Part shown: positions 11,701 to 26,244 of the stretch, in pieces
Position numbering within the stretch: position 1 is the stretch's first letter
How the letters are laid out: each line of letters opens with the position of its first letter
DNA from: Okamejei kenojei
Lineage: Eukaryota
Assembly: GCA_035221665.1 (NCBI GenBank)
Contig: CM069137.1
Coordinates: forward strand, 18,910,001-18,974,000
Reading direction: 5' to 3'
Length of the DNA stretch: 64,000 nucleotides
Translations under genes and position numbers: made by a program
Notes under the pieces: generated by a model
The model's input: only the letters and a program-made list of their open reading frames with translations
Told to the model about the DNA's origin: nothing
The model's database searches: none

Positions 11701-13493
11701 ATTGTGGTTGCCAGAGGTTGTAGTCTTTGGTGTGGGGCTGAAAAACTGGCCCTGGCAGCACTGAAGAAGCAAAGAGAACTGATGCTCTGAGACTAATGTT
11801 ACAACCATGCTGTGCCAGAGGTTACGCATCACATAAGGTGTTCAGATTTGTGCAGCACTGTGTAGTTTTCATTCCAGATGGGAAATCTGCCATGCTGTCA
11901 TGATCTGGCCTACATGACTTTGGGCTCAGCCGTGTGTTTAATGAAAACGAATTGCAGTCTTCCTATTAACACCTGCATCCAGTGAATGAATAATTTAAAA
12001 AAAATAAACTGGGTGGAAAAGCGTGGAATTGAATGTATTAATCAATCCCAGGTTTGCCAAGAATTGGATTTAAATTCTTCACAATAAAATAGAAGAATTT
12101 TTGCAAGCTGACTCAATAGAATTCATTTTTTTCAATTCTGCCTGTGATTATCAAACCAAATGTATGCTATAATGCCTCTATCGTTTATTAATGAAAATTT
12201 GATTCAACTGTCCCTGATTCTAGGAATGTGAATGAGCAAAAAATAGCTTAACTTCATGATTTATGGTAAAAATGTCAAAGTTAATGCAATATGTTTAAAG
12301 TCTGATGTGCTACCAACAAAGGTGGATGTCGAACTATGGGAGTAAGAATTTGCAGTTTCAAAAACACAGCAGAATCCCAAAAGAATAGCCTAAGAGCTCA
12401 GGCCTACCAGAAGATAATTACAAACTGATACATTCTGTCTCCATCCTGTCTACTGTCCACATGTACTTAGTGCCACAGGCTACTATCAGCTACCACCCAA
12501 TGGTTAATGTCACTCAAATAGCCGCATGGTAGTATATATTGCAATGGATCTTTGAACTAGCAGATGTGATTGCAATGGAATGATTTGGGTTATATCTGAA
12601 TATAATGCCTGAGGTTTTGTTCATGTTTTTTTCTTACAAAAAAATCAAGGATGTGATTTTAACCAAATGAATGTAACCTGCTGAAGGAATGTTGGGCTCG
12701 CTCTGATTGCCACACTTGGGAATTATTGGAGTTCATCGATCTGAAACTGTCAGCAGGTGGAAAGAAATATTCTTCCCAATATCCTGTGGCATTTCTTATG
12801 TTTATGGAAATGCTTGGATAAAGGAATTTGCAAAATAAAAGGAATAATTAAGTTACATGTAAATTGAAAGTTGACCTGGTGTGTATTCATATTCAAGAGT
12901 GAGTTAGATTTAGCTCTTAGGGCTAAGGGAATCAAGGGATAAAGGGGAAAAAGCCATAATTTTGGTGGATCAGCCAATGGGGGTGCTGGCTCGAAGGAGC
13001 AAATGGCCTACTCCTGTACCTATTTTGTATGTTTCTATGCTTCTATAATTTTACAGGAAATATTGTCTTTGATCTTTAGCACCATGTTTGTGTAGGAAAG
13101 CATTCTTAAATTCATTATAAATTACAGGCATTACTGGGAAGGTCAAGTGTTATTGCCCTTAATTTCCCTTCAGAAAGTGTGGGTGACCCATGAGAGGGTG
13201 TGATTCCGCTCTTAGTTGCTCTCTGTGTGGAGTTTGCATGTTCTTCCTCTAACCCCACAACATTTGCTGATGAGTTTATTAGCTGCTGTAAATTGTACCT
13301 ATATTGCAAGGATAGAGGGAGAATCAGGGAGCTTGAGATGGGGGAGTGGTAGTAGATCTTTGAACTAACAGAATGAAAGTTGGGGTTACTCTGGTTGCTC
13401 CATCTGAGAATTTTGGTGTAACTAATGACAGATAACATAAAATATTCTTCCCAATATCCTGTAGGATTAAGGAATTTATGAAAGAAACCATTT

Positions 13494-14059
13494 TAGAAAT
13501 GTAGAAACATAGAAATTAGGTGCAGGAGCAGGCCATTCGGCCCTTCGAGCCTGCACCGCCATTCAATATGATCATGGCTGATCATCCAATTCAGTATCCT
13601 GTACCTGCCTTCTCTCCATACCCCCTGATCCCTTCAGCCACAAGGCCACATCCAACTCCCTCTTAAATATGGCCAACGAACTGGCCTCAACTACCTTCTG
13701 TGGCAGAGAATTCCACAGATTCACCACTCTCTGTGTGAAAAACGATTTTCTCATCTCGGTCCTAAAAGACTTCCCCCTTATCTTTAAACTGTGACCCCTT
13801 GTCCTGGACTTCCCCAACATCGGGAACAATCTTCCTGCATCTAGCCTGTCCAACCCCTTAGGAATTTTGTAAGTCTCTATGAGATCACCCCTCAATCTTC
13901 TAAATTTCAGCGAGTACAAGCCAAGTCTGTCCAGTCTTTCTTCATATGGAAGTCGTGCCATCCCAGGAATCAGTCTGGTGAACATTCTCTGTACTCCCTC
14001 TATGGCAACAATGTCTTTCCTCAGATTAGGAGACCAAAACTGTACGCAATACTCCAGGT
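13494..14059 (-). mobile_element. 5'-truncated CR1 LINE (family A)
   Basis: ORF 13572..13985 YEERLDRLGLYSLKFRRLRGDLIETYK..FFTQRVVNLWNSLP; TAGAAACA-type tail. Confidence 0.92.
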
Positions 14060-16014
14060 ATTTTGAGCGAGAATAAGTTACAGGGAAATAATGGGGGTGG
14101 TAGTGATAAAAATGTCATGAAAGCCGGCAAGACGTCAATGGGCTGAATGGCCTCCTGCTATGTTGTGACAAAGTATGAAGAATAGTATGAGTAATGTGTT
14201 CCTGATGTGTCTTGCAGATCTGTAAATACTCTGGGATGTGTTTTACTCGCCTCCCCACTTTTGTTTCTACCAATGTTTGGTGCAGAAACAATCAATATCA
14301 AATAGCTATATCATAAATCTTGTGAACCTACTGAAATAAATTGCGACTGATTCACTTGCACAGAGAACTGTCCTGGCATCAATCTGCCTTCATATCTTAA
14401 TGACCAACGTAACAGAAGAAACATTTGTAATATCGGTCACTACCAATTAAAATAATTATAACCAAATCCTTGCTGCAGCATTATTTAGAGTGTGTAAATG
14501 TAGAGAGAGAGAAACTAGGAGAAGAGACACACGTTTGAATATTTGAACCTCCTTTGCCTTTTTATATGGTTTTGGCTGATCTCCTGCAGATAAGAACAAA
14601 CAGCTGGAGGAACTCAACAGGTCAGGCAACCTCTGAGGAGGGAAATAGACAACATGTTTTGTCAATACCCTTCTTCAGACTGATGGGGTAGACGGGAGAT
14701 AGCTGGTAGAAAGAGGGAAGGGTGGGGCAAGAGGTGGGTGATAGTAGGATCCAGGTGAGGTAGGGTTGGTGGCACCTGAGTCAGCCTGATCATCTATAGC
14801 CTGATACCTGATATGGTATAATCAGGTGGTATGTACCATGGTATATTAGCCTGATACCTAAGATCATCTATCTTATACCATATTGCCGTGCTCTCATATA
14901 CTTTGATCCACTGATCGCAAATTCAACCTGCCGATATGGTCTGTGACATTATTCACTTTATTTATTGTATAAGCTACCCCTGTCAATAGTTTGAACTGCT
15001 GGCTATTTTTCCAGAACTTTGGCAATCATCTCCAATTTTGTCCGTCGTATGCATTGGTTCTCAGAAATGTAGGTGTATGTTGCGTGTGGGTATGTCCTCT
15101 GGGACAGAGTTAATTCCTCATTCTTGAAACCTCACTTTCAAGCTATCTTCCCTTGCTGTTGGACACAAAATGCAGGAGTAACTCAGCAGGACAGGCAGGA
15201 TCTCTGGATAGAAGGAATGGGTGAATGAGGAGTTCCTTCCTACACACTTCTCTTGTTATTGGACATGTTGGCAGCTGGCAGGACTGATTGCGAAGCATAT
15301 TTCTTTATCCAGTCATCACTGTTGCAAAAGACCCATCCTGGGTGAAAAGCCAAACCACAAGCATTAGACATTTTCCCAGTTCATTTTCTGGCCTGGGCTG
15401 ATCTCAGTTATGCCAAATTTGACTTTTAGCCCATGAACTGGCGGATGAGGATATAACACAAACAATGCTTTCTGATTCTTCCTTCCTCTCACGCAGCCCA
15501 ATCTGCATCACCCGCATTCACTCCAAAAACCACGGCTATTCCTACTTAAAGTTCTTGCTATTTCTCCTCACATTTTTGAAACCTCTTCAAAATCGACAAC
15601 TTAGAAGTGTGGCCATGGGAAGAAAACACAACTCAGCATATCTCCCCACATTTGAATAGCCTGTGTGGTTCACAGTGATTAATAACCATTGGATGGGGCT
15701 CAAGAATGCTGACAATGACTCGGAACCATCCCTAAACAAGGTCTTGTTTACAGCAGTGGAAAAGGTGGGGAACTGGCAGAACCAAAACAGTTGAGGGGTT
15801 TAGGTTTATTAATGTCATGTGTACCGGGATACAATGAAAAGCTTTGTTTTGCATGTTATCCAAACAGATCATATACACTATACACAAACACAATCAAGTC
15901 AATCTCATGTACAATAAATAGAGCAAAGGGGGAGTTATAGAGTGCACAATATAGTTCTCGGCATTCTCGTGCATCAGTTCCATAGGGATTTTGTTTTATG
16001 TATTAGGTCTTCTT

Positions 16015-17060
16015 ACATAGAAACATAGAAATTAGGTGCAGGAGTAGGCCATTCAGCCCTTCGAGCCTGCACCGCCATTCAATATGATCATGGCTGATCA
16101 TCCAACTCAGTATCCCGTACCTGCCTTCTCTCCATACCCTCTGATCCCCTTAGCCACAAGGGCCACATCCAACTCACTCTTAAATATAGCCAATGAACTG
16201 GCCTCAACTACCCTCTGTGGCAGAGAGTTCCAGAGACTCACCACTCTCTGTGTGAAAAAAGTCTTTCTCATCTCGTCTTAAAGGATTTCCCCCTGCTGTG
16301 ACCCCTTGTCCTGGACTTCCCCACATCGGGAACAATCTTCCTGCATCTAGCCTGTCCAACCCCTTAAGAATTTTGTAAGTTTCTATAAGATCCCCTCTCA
16401 ATCTCCTAAATTCCAGAGAGTATAAACCGAGTCTATCCAGTCTTTCTTCATAAGACAGTCCTGACATCCCAGGAATCAGTCTGGTGAACCTTCTCTGCAC
16501 TCCCTCTATGGCAATAATGTCCTTCCTCAGATTTGGAGACCAAAACTGCACGCAATACTCCAGGTGTGGTCTCACCAAGACCCTGTACAACTGAAGTAGA
16601 ACCTCCCTGCTCCTGTACTCAAATCCTTTTGCTATGAAAGCTAACATACCATTCGCTTTTTTCACTGCCTGCTGCACCTGCATGCCTACTTTCAATGACT
16701 GGTGTACCATGACACCCAGGTCTCGCTGCATCTCCCCTTTTCCTAATCGGCCACCATTTAAATAATAGTCTGCTTTCCTGTTTTTGCCACCAAAGTGGAT
16801 AACCTCACATTTATCCACATTATACTGCATCTGCCAAACATTTGCCCACTCACCCAGCCTATCCAAGTCACCTTGCAGTCTCCTAGCATCCTCCTCACAG
16901 CGAACACTGCCCCCAGCTTAGTGTCATCCGCAAACTTGGAGATATTGCCTTCAATTCCCTCATCCAGATCATTAATATATATTGTAAACAGCTGGGGTCC
17001 CAGCACTGAGCCCTGCGGTACCCCACTAGTTACTGCCTGCCATTGTGAAAAGGACCCGTT
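16015..17060 (-). mobile_element. 5'-truncated CR1 LINE (RT C-terminal half)
   Basis: [30 protein letters not shown] and ORF 16204..16866; frameshifted; CATAGAAA tail. Confidence 0.95.
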
Positions 17061-18499
17061 TTCTTCTTATTTTGTGTCCATCTTGCTACAAATGTTGACC
17101 TCGCTGTCATCGTCCGTCCTGAACAGGACGCAAGCTTCCGGCGACAATCAGTGGGAGCCATCACTTGTCGCAATAGATGATGGTGGTAGCAGAATTTGCT
17201 CAGGATACTTCCAGTTTCCAGTCCCACGACGTCGACACTTCTGCTATGGGGCCATTAGGTTTGACAACAAAATCAAATGGCAGATTTAAGTTCATTATAT
17301 TTTATGTTGCTACAGTACCTTAAATCACTATAACCCATGGAAGTATTGGAAGCATGTCGCTGGAACCCCCCACCTTCTTCAATGCAGTTATATTGGGTGG
17401 GAATGTATGTGATACTTCAGAAATCTATTGCTTACTGATGGAAAGCAAATTACATACTTCAAATTACATTGCCAATACATTGTTAGCCTTTTAATGATCT
17501 GCCTCTTGAAGATCTCTTACTCAATTCCTGGAGATCTTGAATGGACTATGGTGGACTATGGCTCAAGATGGACTTCTTCCGGGATTGCGTACTTTTCTCC
17601 AATGTCTATTGTTTGCCTAATTTCATACTGATGACAGGAAATTCCATTAAAGAGAGCATCGTGTCAATGGAATGAGTGATGCATAATGTGCTGACACATC
17701 TATATATCCCATTTCGCATCGGATGAATGGGAGATGATTATCCAGGCAGAATGCCGAGCAGAGTATAAATGCAACAACTTTCAATCACTGGTTAAGGTAT
17801 ACCTAAATCTATATCTAGGTTAATGATCGAGGGTGCATCACAAGCCGAGGTGTTTAAATTCCATTAAGTTAATACATTCTAGAATTAAAAGCTGGTATCA
17901 GTACCTATCGTGAGCATGAATAAAAGCCATGACCTTTGGGCAAGGAGACCAGTCAACCTTACTGGTTTGTGACTCCAGACTCATAATGATGTGTTTGACT
18001 CGTATTTCCCATTTGGGGATAGGTATTAAGTGTTAAACTCATCAGTCATGACTTTGTCTGGAAAAATAAAGGTTTACAATGATTAGAAGTGAAATGGGTC
18101 TTCTTTCCCCAGAGAGGGTTAACCCAATAACTGAAGCCAGCCATATAGAATAATGTTCAGCACAGATTGGTCCAGATGTTTCATGGATAGATGAGAATGC
18201 TACACTAGGATCAGAGAACTGAGGATGGAGATAATCTAATCCTCCATGTAGTTTTCACTGATGGACTCACACACAGCCAATGTCAAGCCCATCGGTTAGA
18301 CGAACAGAAGTGGAGTCCAGTAGGAAAAGAATGTTTCAACTTCACATCAAGTGAGAAGTTGGAGGTCCTGGTCAAAAGCTTCTCACTGACCAAATCTATC
18401 CTTGACCATATATCAGGGCCATAGAGTCCTGAGTGAGAATTCTTCAGTCTAATTGGTTGCAGCGGCTTATTTTTATTTTCCAACAGTCCACCTATTCCA

Positions 18500-18773
18500 T
18501 CAGCCACCAATTTACACTAATCCTACACTAATCCCTCTTTTATTCCCTCCCTTCAGTTTCTACCTTTCATCTACACACAAGGGGCATTTACAGTGGCCAA
18601 TAAAGCAAGCAACCTGTACGACCTTGGGGCATGGAAGGAAACCAAATCACCTGGAGGAAGCCCACATGATCACAGAAAAAAATTGTGCAAACTCCACATG
18701 GACAGCATCTAAGGTCAGCAATGGACCCGGGATGTTGTGGATTTGAAGCAGTGGTCCCACTAGCTGTGCCACT
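18500..18773 (-). mobile_element. Old tRNA-derived SINE
   Basis: Degenerate match to the SINE central domain and head seen at 24732-25060. Confidence 0.6.
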
Positions 18774-20623
18774 GGTCTGTCATACAATATAGACAAAAGG
18801 AACCCATCAAGCGAGAAATGCGTTCAAATGTTTCTGATTTCTGTAGTCACTCACTAAAGGAGTGATAAAGAAATTAACCTTTTCCAAATCTGCAGTGAGA
18901 CCATTGAAAAATAATATATGGAGTTGAACATCATAAAAACAAGACTGTTGGCCCTCTTCACCCCAAATCCATTGACTATACTGTTTAGGAAGGAACTGCA
19001 GATGCTGAGTTTAAACCAAAGATAGACACAAAAAGCTGGAGTAACTCAACGGGGCAGGCAGAATCTCTGACCATACTATTTATGTGTCTTATTATCTTGT
19101 ACATGTAATATCCTCTTAAATACCAGCCATCCAGTTGTGCATCCTCATTGGTGTAAGATTGATGTGAAAACGTAAATGAAGATTAAAATTATGGTTCTGC
19201 CAGTTAATTGCAATGAGGAAAGAGATGTTCTGAGTACATATGGTCATAACCAATTAATTTGAAAGCCTGGCATTAAGTAGCCATTGCATTTCTTATTTAC
19301 ATGTAGCGTTTGGTACTCTCTCATCAACATAATTCATCAATAGCATCAGTTTCAGTTGCATATTATGGTTTCTGCATTTTAGCGCATGATTATATAGGAC
19401 AATGGAACATTGCTGTTCAGAAAATCTGTCTGATGCAATCATATTCGTTCCAGCCATTTATAGTGTGAAACTTACCCAAAAGATTATCAGTTAGAATAAT
19501 AAACTCAAGCCCAGGGGACGCTCTTTGCTATAATAACAGGGCATATCTATTTGTCACACTCTTGACTTGTGAGGTAAAGTTTCTTAAAACATTTAAGAAA
19601 TAAATACTTAGAAATTAAAAATATATATATACTTGCAGTGAAATATATTCTGCATTTTGAGTCTGTGTCTCCTGTGTAATCTTTGGAAAATTGGTCACGA
19701 TAATAAAACTTGAATTTTAGATTTAGCATAATAGGAGTCTGGTGTGATTTTAAATCTACAGGGCTACATTTTCTGGCAACCGTGAACAGCAGTAGATCTA
19801 ATCCCCGTCCCCTTGTGTTATATTACACAATATGATTGTGTTCGATGTTGGCATCACTCCACAATACTATTTTCAAAAATTGGACTTGCTGGGAAAAAAG
19901 TTACTAAGGTTCATTCCGTTTTCCTTCCGAGTATTCACATGATGCTATGATGGTGGAGTCGTTGATTCAATGTTGTCAAAAATACGAGAGGAAAAGCGAT
20001 ACCCTGCTGTATCTTCTAATGTACTTGCTAGAAGTGTGAGTAATCAAGTCATGAGAGTCAACTCATTTCATTGAAGAGAGCAATCAAATTAAATACTCAA
20101 ACAACTCACTCACAACAGGGCCAAATGCAACCAGAAATGCTCTAGTGAATTCTGTTACGTATTGAGCTGATCTCTGTGCAAAACTGGAACCAAGGGGTGC
20201 CCAGCTATGTCCCACTTGTGTGATAAATTATATTCACTGCACATGTAATTCTGAACTTGGTTTGGTTATTGTTGGCAAGATCCATTTTAATTCAAGTTAA
20301 TGATCAAACACAAACAAAAATGAGTTGGTTTGCAGATTTAACAGTTAAAGGTTCAGTGCTCCACATTTGTGAAGCAAATTGTTTCCACTGATAGTGGAAC
20401 AAAATAGTGAATCATCCAAGCTAGGAGGTGCTCAGATTCAAAGTCTGTATGTCCAGGTTATCTCAGTGTAGTTTAGGGAAACAGCATGGAAACAGGCCCT
20501 TCGTCCTACCGTGTCCACCCACTCACGCTAGCTCCATGTTATCTCACTTTCACATCCACTCCGTTCACACTAAGGACAATTTACGGGGGGCAAATGAATC
20601 TACAATCCGCACATCTTTAGGTT

Positions 20624-22690
20624 ACATAGATACATAGAAAATAGGTGCAGGAGTAGGCCATTCGGCTCTTCGAGCCAGCACCACCATTCAATGTGATCAT
20701 GGCTGATCATCCACAATCAGTACCTCGTTCCTGCCTTCACCCCACATCCCTTCATGCCGCTAGCCCTAAGAGCTCTATCAAACTCTCTTTTGAATGCATC
20801 CAGTGAGTCGGCCTCCATTGCCTTCTGAGGCAGAGAATTCCACAAATTCACAACTCGCTGGGTGAAAAAGGTTTTTCCTCATCTCAGTCCCAAAATTGCC
20901 TACCCCTTATTCCTAAACTGTGGCGCCTGGTTCTGGACTCCCACAACATCGGGAATATTTCCTGCATCTATTCAATTCAATTCAACTTTAATGTCATTGC
21001 ACAGATACAAGTATGGGTACAACAAAATGCAGTTTAGCGTCAGTTCGTAATAATAGCAATATAGAAATAAATACAGAATGCAGACAATGTGAACGGAGAG
21101 ACTGGAGAAATCTATCGGCGGGACTCCGAGTTCAGCAGTGTGATGGTGTTGTTGTAGAAGCTGTTCCTCATCCTACTAGTGTGGGACCTGAGGCTCCTGT
21201 ACCGCCTCCCTGATGGTAGGAGGGCAAACAGTCCATGGTTAGGTGGGAGGGGTCTTTGATGATCTTCCCGGCCCGTCTCAGACACCGTTTTCGGTGGAGG
21301 GCATCCATGGCAGGGAGCGGGGCACCGATGATGTACTGGGCGGTTTTCACCACCCGTTGTAGTGCCTTCCTGTCTGCTACGGTGCAACTGCTGTACCATA
21401 CCGTAAAGCAGGTGGTCAGGATGCTTTCGATGGTACAGCGGTAAAGGTTGATCAGGATCTGGGGGGACAGGTGGGCTTTTATGAGCCTCCTCAGGAAGTA
21501 AAGGTGCTGCTGCGCATTTTTGATCAGCTTGGAGGTGTTGAGGGACCAGGACAGATCCTCCGAGATGTGTACCCCGAGGAATTTGTAGTTGGAGACCCGC
21601 TCCACCTCAGTCCCGTTTATATGGATGGGGGTGTGAGTGCCCCCTCTGTTCTTTCTAAAGTCAACAATGATTTCCTTCGTCTTCTGGGAGTTGAGGACGA
21701 GGTTATTGTTGGCACACCAGGTTGTCAGGTGCTGGACCTCCTCCCTGTAGGCTGACTCGTCGTTGTCGCTGATCAGTCCTACCACCGTGGTGTCGTCGGC
21801 AAATTTTATGATGGCGTTCGAGCCATACTTACGGATGCGTGTCCAATCCCATAATAACTTTATATGTTTCTATAAGATCCCCTCTCATCCTTCTAAATTC
21901 CAGTGCACACAAGCCCAGTCGTTCCATTCTTTCATCATACAACAGTCCCGCCATCCCGGGAATTAACCTTGTGAACCTACGCTGCACTCCCTCAATAGCA
22001 AGAATGTCCTCCCTCAAATTAGCAGACCAAAACTGCACACAATACTCCAGGTGTGATCTCACCAGGGCCCTGTACAACTGCAGACGGACCTCTTTGCTCC
22101 TATATTCATATATTCACGGCCAACATGCCATTACCTTTCTTCGCTGCCTGCTGTACCTGCATGCTTAGTGCTCAGTGACTGATGTATAAGGCCACCAAGG
22201 TCTCGTTACACTTCCCCTTTTCCTAATCTGACACCATTCAGATAATAATCTGCCTTCTTGTTCTTGCCACCAAAGTGGATAACTTCACATTATACTATAT
22301 CTGCCATGCATCTGCCCACTCATCCAACTTATCCAAGTCACCCTGTATCCTCATAGCATTCTCAAAGATTAGTCATGCAAGATTTCCCCTTCGTAAATCC
22401 ATGCTGACTTGGACCGATCCTGTTGCTGCTATCCAAATGCGCCGCTATTACATATTTAATAATTGACTCCAGCATTTTCCCCACCACCAATGTCAGGTTA
22501 ACTGGTCTATAATTCCCTGCTTTCTCTCTCCTTCCTTTCTTAAAAAGCGGATAACATTAGCTACCCTCCAATCCACAGGAACTAATCCAGAATCTATTGA
22601 ATGTTGGAAAGTGATCACCAATGCGTCCACGAATTCTAGAGCCACCTCCTTGACTACCCTGGGATGCAAACCATCAGGCCCAGGGGATTT
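20624..22690 (-). mobile_element. CR1 LINE (family A), internally deleted, interrupted by Rex1
   Basis: ORFs 21829..22077 (HLEYCVQFWS..VQRRFTRLIPG) and 22493..22867 (KSPGPDGLHPRVVKE..DWRVANV); CATAGAAA tail at 20624-20642. Confidence 0.9.
20970..21836 (-). mobile_element. 5'-truncated Rex1/Babar-type LINE
   Basis: KFADDTTVVGLISDNDESAYREEV..KTKEIIVDFRK..HLYFLRRL..ESILTTCFTVWY; (TTGAA)n 3' tail at 20970-20985. Confidence 0.9.
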
Positions 22691-24731
22691 CCCAGAGGAA
22701 ACCCACGTGGTCACGGCAGAACATGCGAACTCCGCACAGATTGCATCCAATGTCAGGATTGAACCCGTGTCTGTGGCGCTGAGAGGCAGTGGCTCTGCCA
22801 ACTGCACAACTGTAGTCATGGAGTCATAGAGTGATACGGCTTGGAAACAGCCCTTGGCCCAACACACCGGCCAACATGTCCCAGCTACAATTGTCCTACC
22901 TGTTTATGTTTGGTCCATATCCCTCCAAACCTGCCCTATCTATGTACTTGTCCAACTGTTTCTTAAACGTTGGGAGAGTCCCAGCTTCAACAGAGGAGGG
23001 AAAATTACATCACATTTTCATTGTTATTTGCAGATCGCTGCCAGGACAAAGTAAATGTGCATCCATAATGTATTCCACAGATGGTGATTGGAATGAGAAT
23101 GATCAGGAGGGATGACAAATAGATTGGCATGATGTGGGTATTGGAATGCCCTAGTCACATATGCTTGGACTGCTTTGTCTATCATTTGTATAAACAATTG
23201 GGACATTGACAAAAGATGAATGATGTTGACATCTGCTGATATGACCACGCTAGTACGAGGAATGTAGGAATGTATGAAAAATTCCAAGGGACAAGAAGAT
23301 GAGCAGACTGAAGCAGACATGGTGGTGAAGTAATTCATTTTGTTGGGAAAATAACCCTGAAAAGAAGTGAATACAACTGAAAGATGATTAGCAAAATGAA
23401 GAAACAGAAATACATAAACCATGATTATCCATGTTGAAATGGCCAATTAAATCAAAAGGGATTTTGTGTTATACAAGGTGACTAACAGTCAGATAGAAAA
23501 ACATAGGGATATATTTCTAGGAAGAGAGATAGAAAGACATGACAGATAACAAGAAATGAATAGAAACAAAGTTATACAGCTGGATAAAATGATATATTGA
23601 ATGCAAAAAAACATTTTTATCAGACAAATATTTGAATCCAATCAGCTCAGTTTCTTTTTTCCAGATATACAATTTTTTCAGCTTAAATTTTAGATGCAGG
23701 CTCACTGAATTGAATGAAAATTGACTGCAAATTTGTACTAAGCCACATCCGACACACAATTGGAGAAACCCCACACCACAAATCTTTGCCATGTTATTTA
23801 TGTTTTGTACAAAACATGTTAAAATGTGCAGCAATGGATATAAAACATAAATGTAATTACAACACAGAGTCCACATAAAGGATTGATTTCAATCTCTGCA
23901 TTTCTTTAACAAGTGGAGCAAAGAAATTTGAGAGGAAATTTGATAGCGGCCAAAATCATGTCTGGCTTAAGCAGGTTAAACAGAGAGATGATTGACAAAG
24001 AATCCACAGACAGCAAGATGAATGAGGAACAGTGCATAGTTATGTGCAGGAATGCACTGCTTGAAAATGTGACAGATGTTGATTCAGTTGTGGCTTACAA
24101 AAGGAAATATGAGGAATATTTGAAGGTAACTGCTTCACGGCGCTATTTGGAAAGAAGGGAGAATGGAGCTTATTGAATAACTTGACTAAAAGCACATGCG
24201 GACTCATATCTGAATAGCTTCTTCTATGCCATAATTATTCTAAATTTCTGGGAACATCCCAAAGTGCCTCAGGCTGGACTTTTTCACATGTTGATCAAGA
24301 AAGACACCAATCGTTTTCTATTGTATTAGGGGAACAGTTTAGATCATGAAGTCCTATTTTGCTTCAAATTGTGGTACGATCTTTAAAATCCCTACAAACA
24401 ATTGGACAAACTATTGTAATTTTATCTGGAACTTGGAAGATATGTCTTGCATCATTTGCAATTATCTTTAAAAAGCCTGCAAACAGGAAAACAACTGTAG
24501 AAAGATTCTATCGTAAGGCTTTTCCAGGCAAATACATACTATATATATATTACTACATACAATATTAACATTTTAAATGTTTAACCTAATTATATTATGA
24601 TCTTCTTAGGTTCTGACACTTGAAATATGTTGTTACTCCAATATTAAAGTCATTAGTAGGCTAATAACATGTTATATTTTGTTTGCCTCAATGTCATAAT
24701 GATTCCAATGTGTGCATTTTCATTCCACGTG

Positions 24732-25060
24732 GGTGGCAGAGTGGTGCAGTGGGTAGCAAAGTGGTGCAGCTGGTAGAGCTGCTGCCTCACAGCGGCAGAG
24801 ACCCAGGTTCAATCCTGACCTTGGGTGCTGTCTATGTGGAGTTTGCATGTGCTCCCTGTGACCGTATAGGTGCTCCGATTTCCTCCCACATCCCAAAAAC
24901 ATGCACGGTTGTAGGTTGGCCTCTGTAAATTGCCCCTGGTGTGTCGGGAGTGGATGAGAAAGTGGGATAACAGAATTAGTCTGAATAGGTGAACGATGAT
25001 CGCTGTGGACCCGATGGGTCAAAGGGCCTTTTCCATACTGTATCCCTAAACGCTAAACAA
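24732..25060 (+). mobile_element. tRNA-derived SINE (HE1/V-SINE-like)
   Basis: Pol III A box TGGTGCAGCTGG, B box GGTTCAATCC, central domain, CR1-like 3' end, (CTAAA)-like tail. Confidence 0.85.
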
Positions 25061-26244
25061 AGTTAAATCAAATTGGGATATCTGTACCAATGTTGCTGTG
25101 AGAATAGGAGTCAACATAATCAAAAGGCATTGTCTCACATCTGGTGAATTTGCATTGCTGATTTTAGTATATAAATCACTTCAGCAAGTGAGATTTATTG
25201 CTGAACAATTAACTGCATTCTGTCACGGTCCATTGCTGTTTGTTTTCCATGGGAATGGGAGCGCACCTTGATATTTTTATGTGACCACGTTAGTAATCTG
25301 GCATGACAGTACAAAAGAAAACTTTTCAAAATAACTGCTTTTGGGGGTAGGAAGCTTGGTGAGTTACAACACTGCCCTTTCACCTCTTGGAGCAGTGATC
25401 AAGTGTAACCTAAGATGAAGGAATGAAAGCCTCCTTTTTCTACAGGTTTTAAACAAGTGGGGAAATTCATATAAACTAGATTCTCAATGTTCAACCATGC
25501 AAAATGTTAAGACTGGTACAGAATAAGTTTTCAACGGTGAATTGCAAAGTTATTGCTGAATATTTAGTTTTAGATCCACCTCTGCCCAATGCGAAAGAAG
25601 TTCCTATCTCCATCGACTGAAATCCTCAGTTCCTTTCAATAAAATGTACATCAAATTATAATTAGATCATTAATTTTGAAGTTCATGGAATGTTTTCCTG
25701 TATTCTAGTACATAGATTTGGAGAAATTACACCTCTTACAATAATGTGTTTCTGAGGTCACTCAGCAAAACTTCCATTAACATGAGATTGTTGACTAAAT
25801 TCCAATCGCCCATTACCAGATGCCTCCTCTGGTAAATACATTAACCTTTAAATATTTAGGCTAGTCCTGATGTCTGTTTTCTTCATAAGTTCATGTTCAT
25901 AAGAGATAGGAGCAGAAATAGGCCATTCGGCCCATCAAGTCTACTTCGTCATTCAATCATGGCTGATCTATCTCTCCCTCCTAACCCCTTTCTCTTGCCT
26001 TCTCCCCATAACCACCTGACACAACTGACAACAGCTCCCTGCACATACCACTATTAGCCCTTCCACTCCACACCACGTCTGCACTGTATCCTTGGTAGTG
26101 ATTATTAGTTAATAAGTAAACATAAAGTCCTCGCTTGATGGGTAAGAACTAAGAAATCAGAAAAGGAAATTAAAATCAATTGTCATTAATATCTTCCTTT
26201 AAACTGTTAACTCAGGAATGAAAAGTGGCTGAGAGGACAAAGAT

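Noticed and set aside
11090-11832. 161-aa and 141-aa ORFs sharing AAPPAA..RVL.PHTVHQTS
   Set aside because: Explained by the inverted LTR segment; not a gene.
24732-24830. tRNA gene
   Set aside because: A/B boxes belong to a SINE head; no complete cloverleaf and the SINE body follows.
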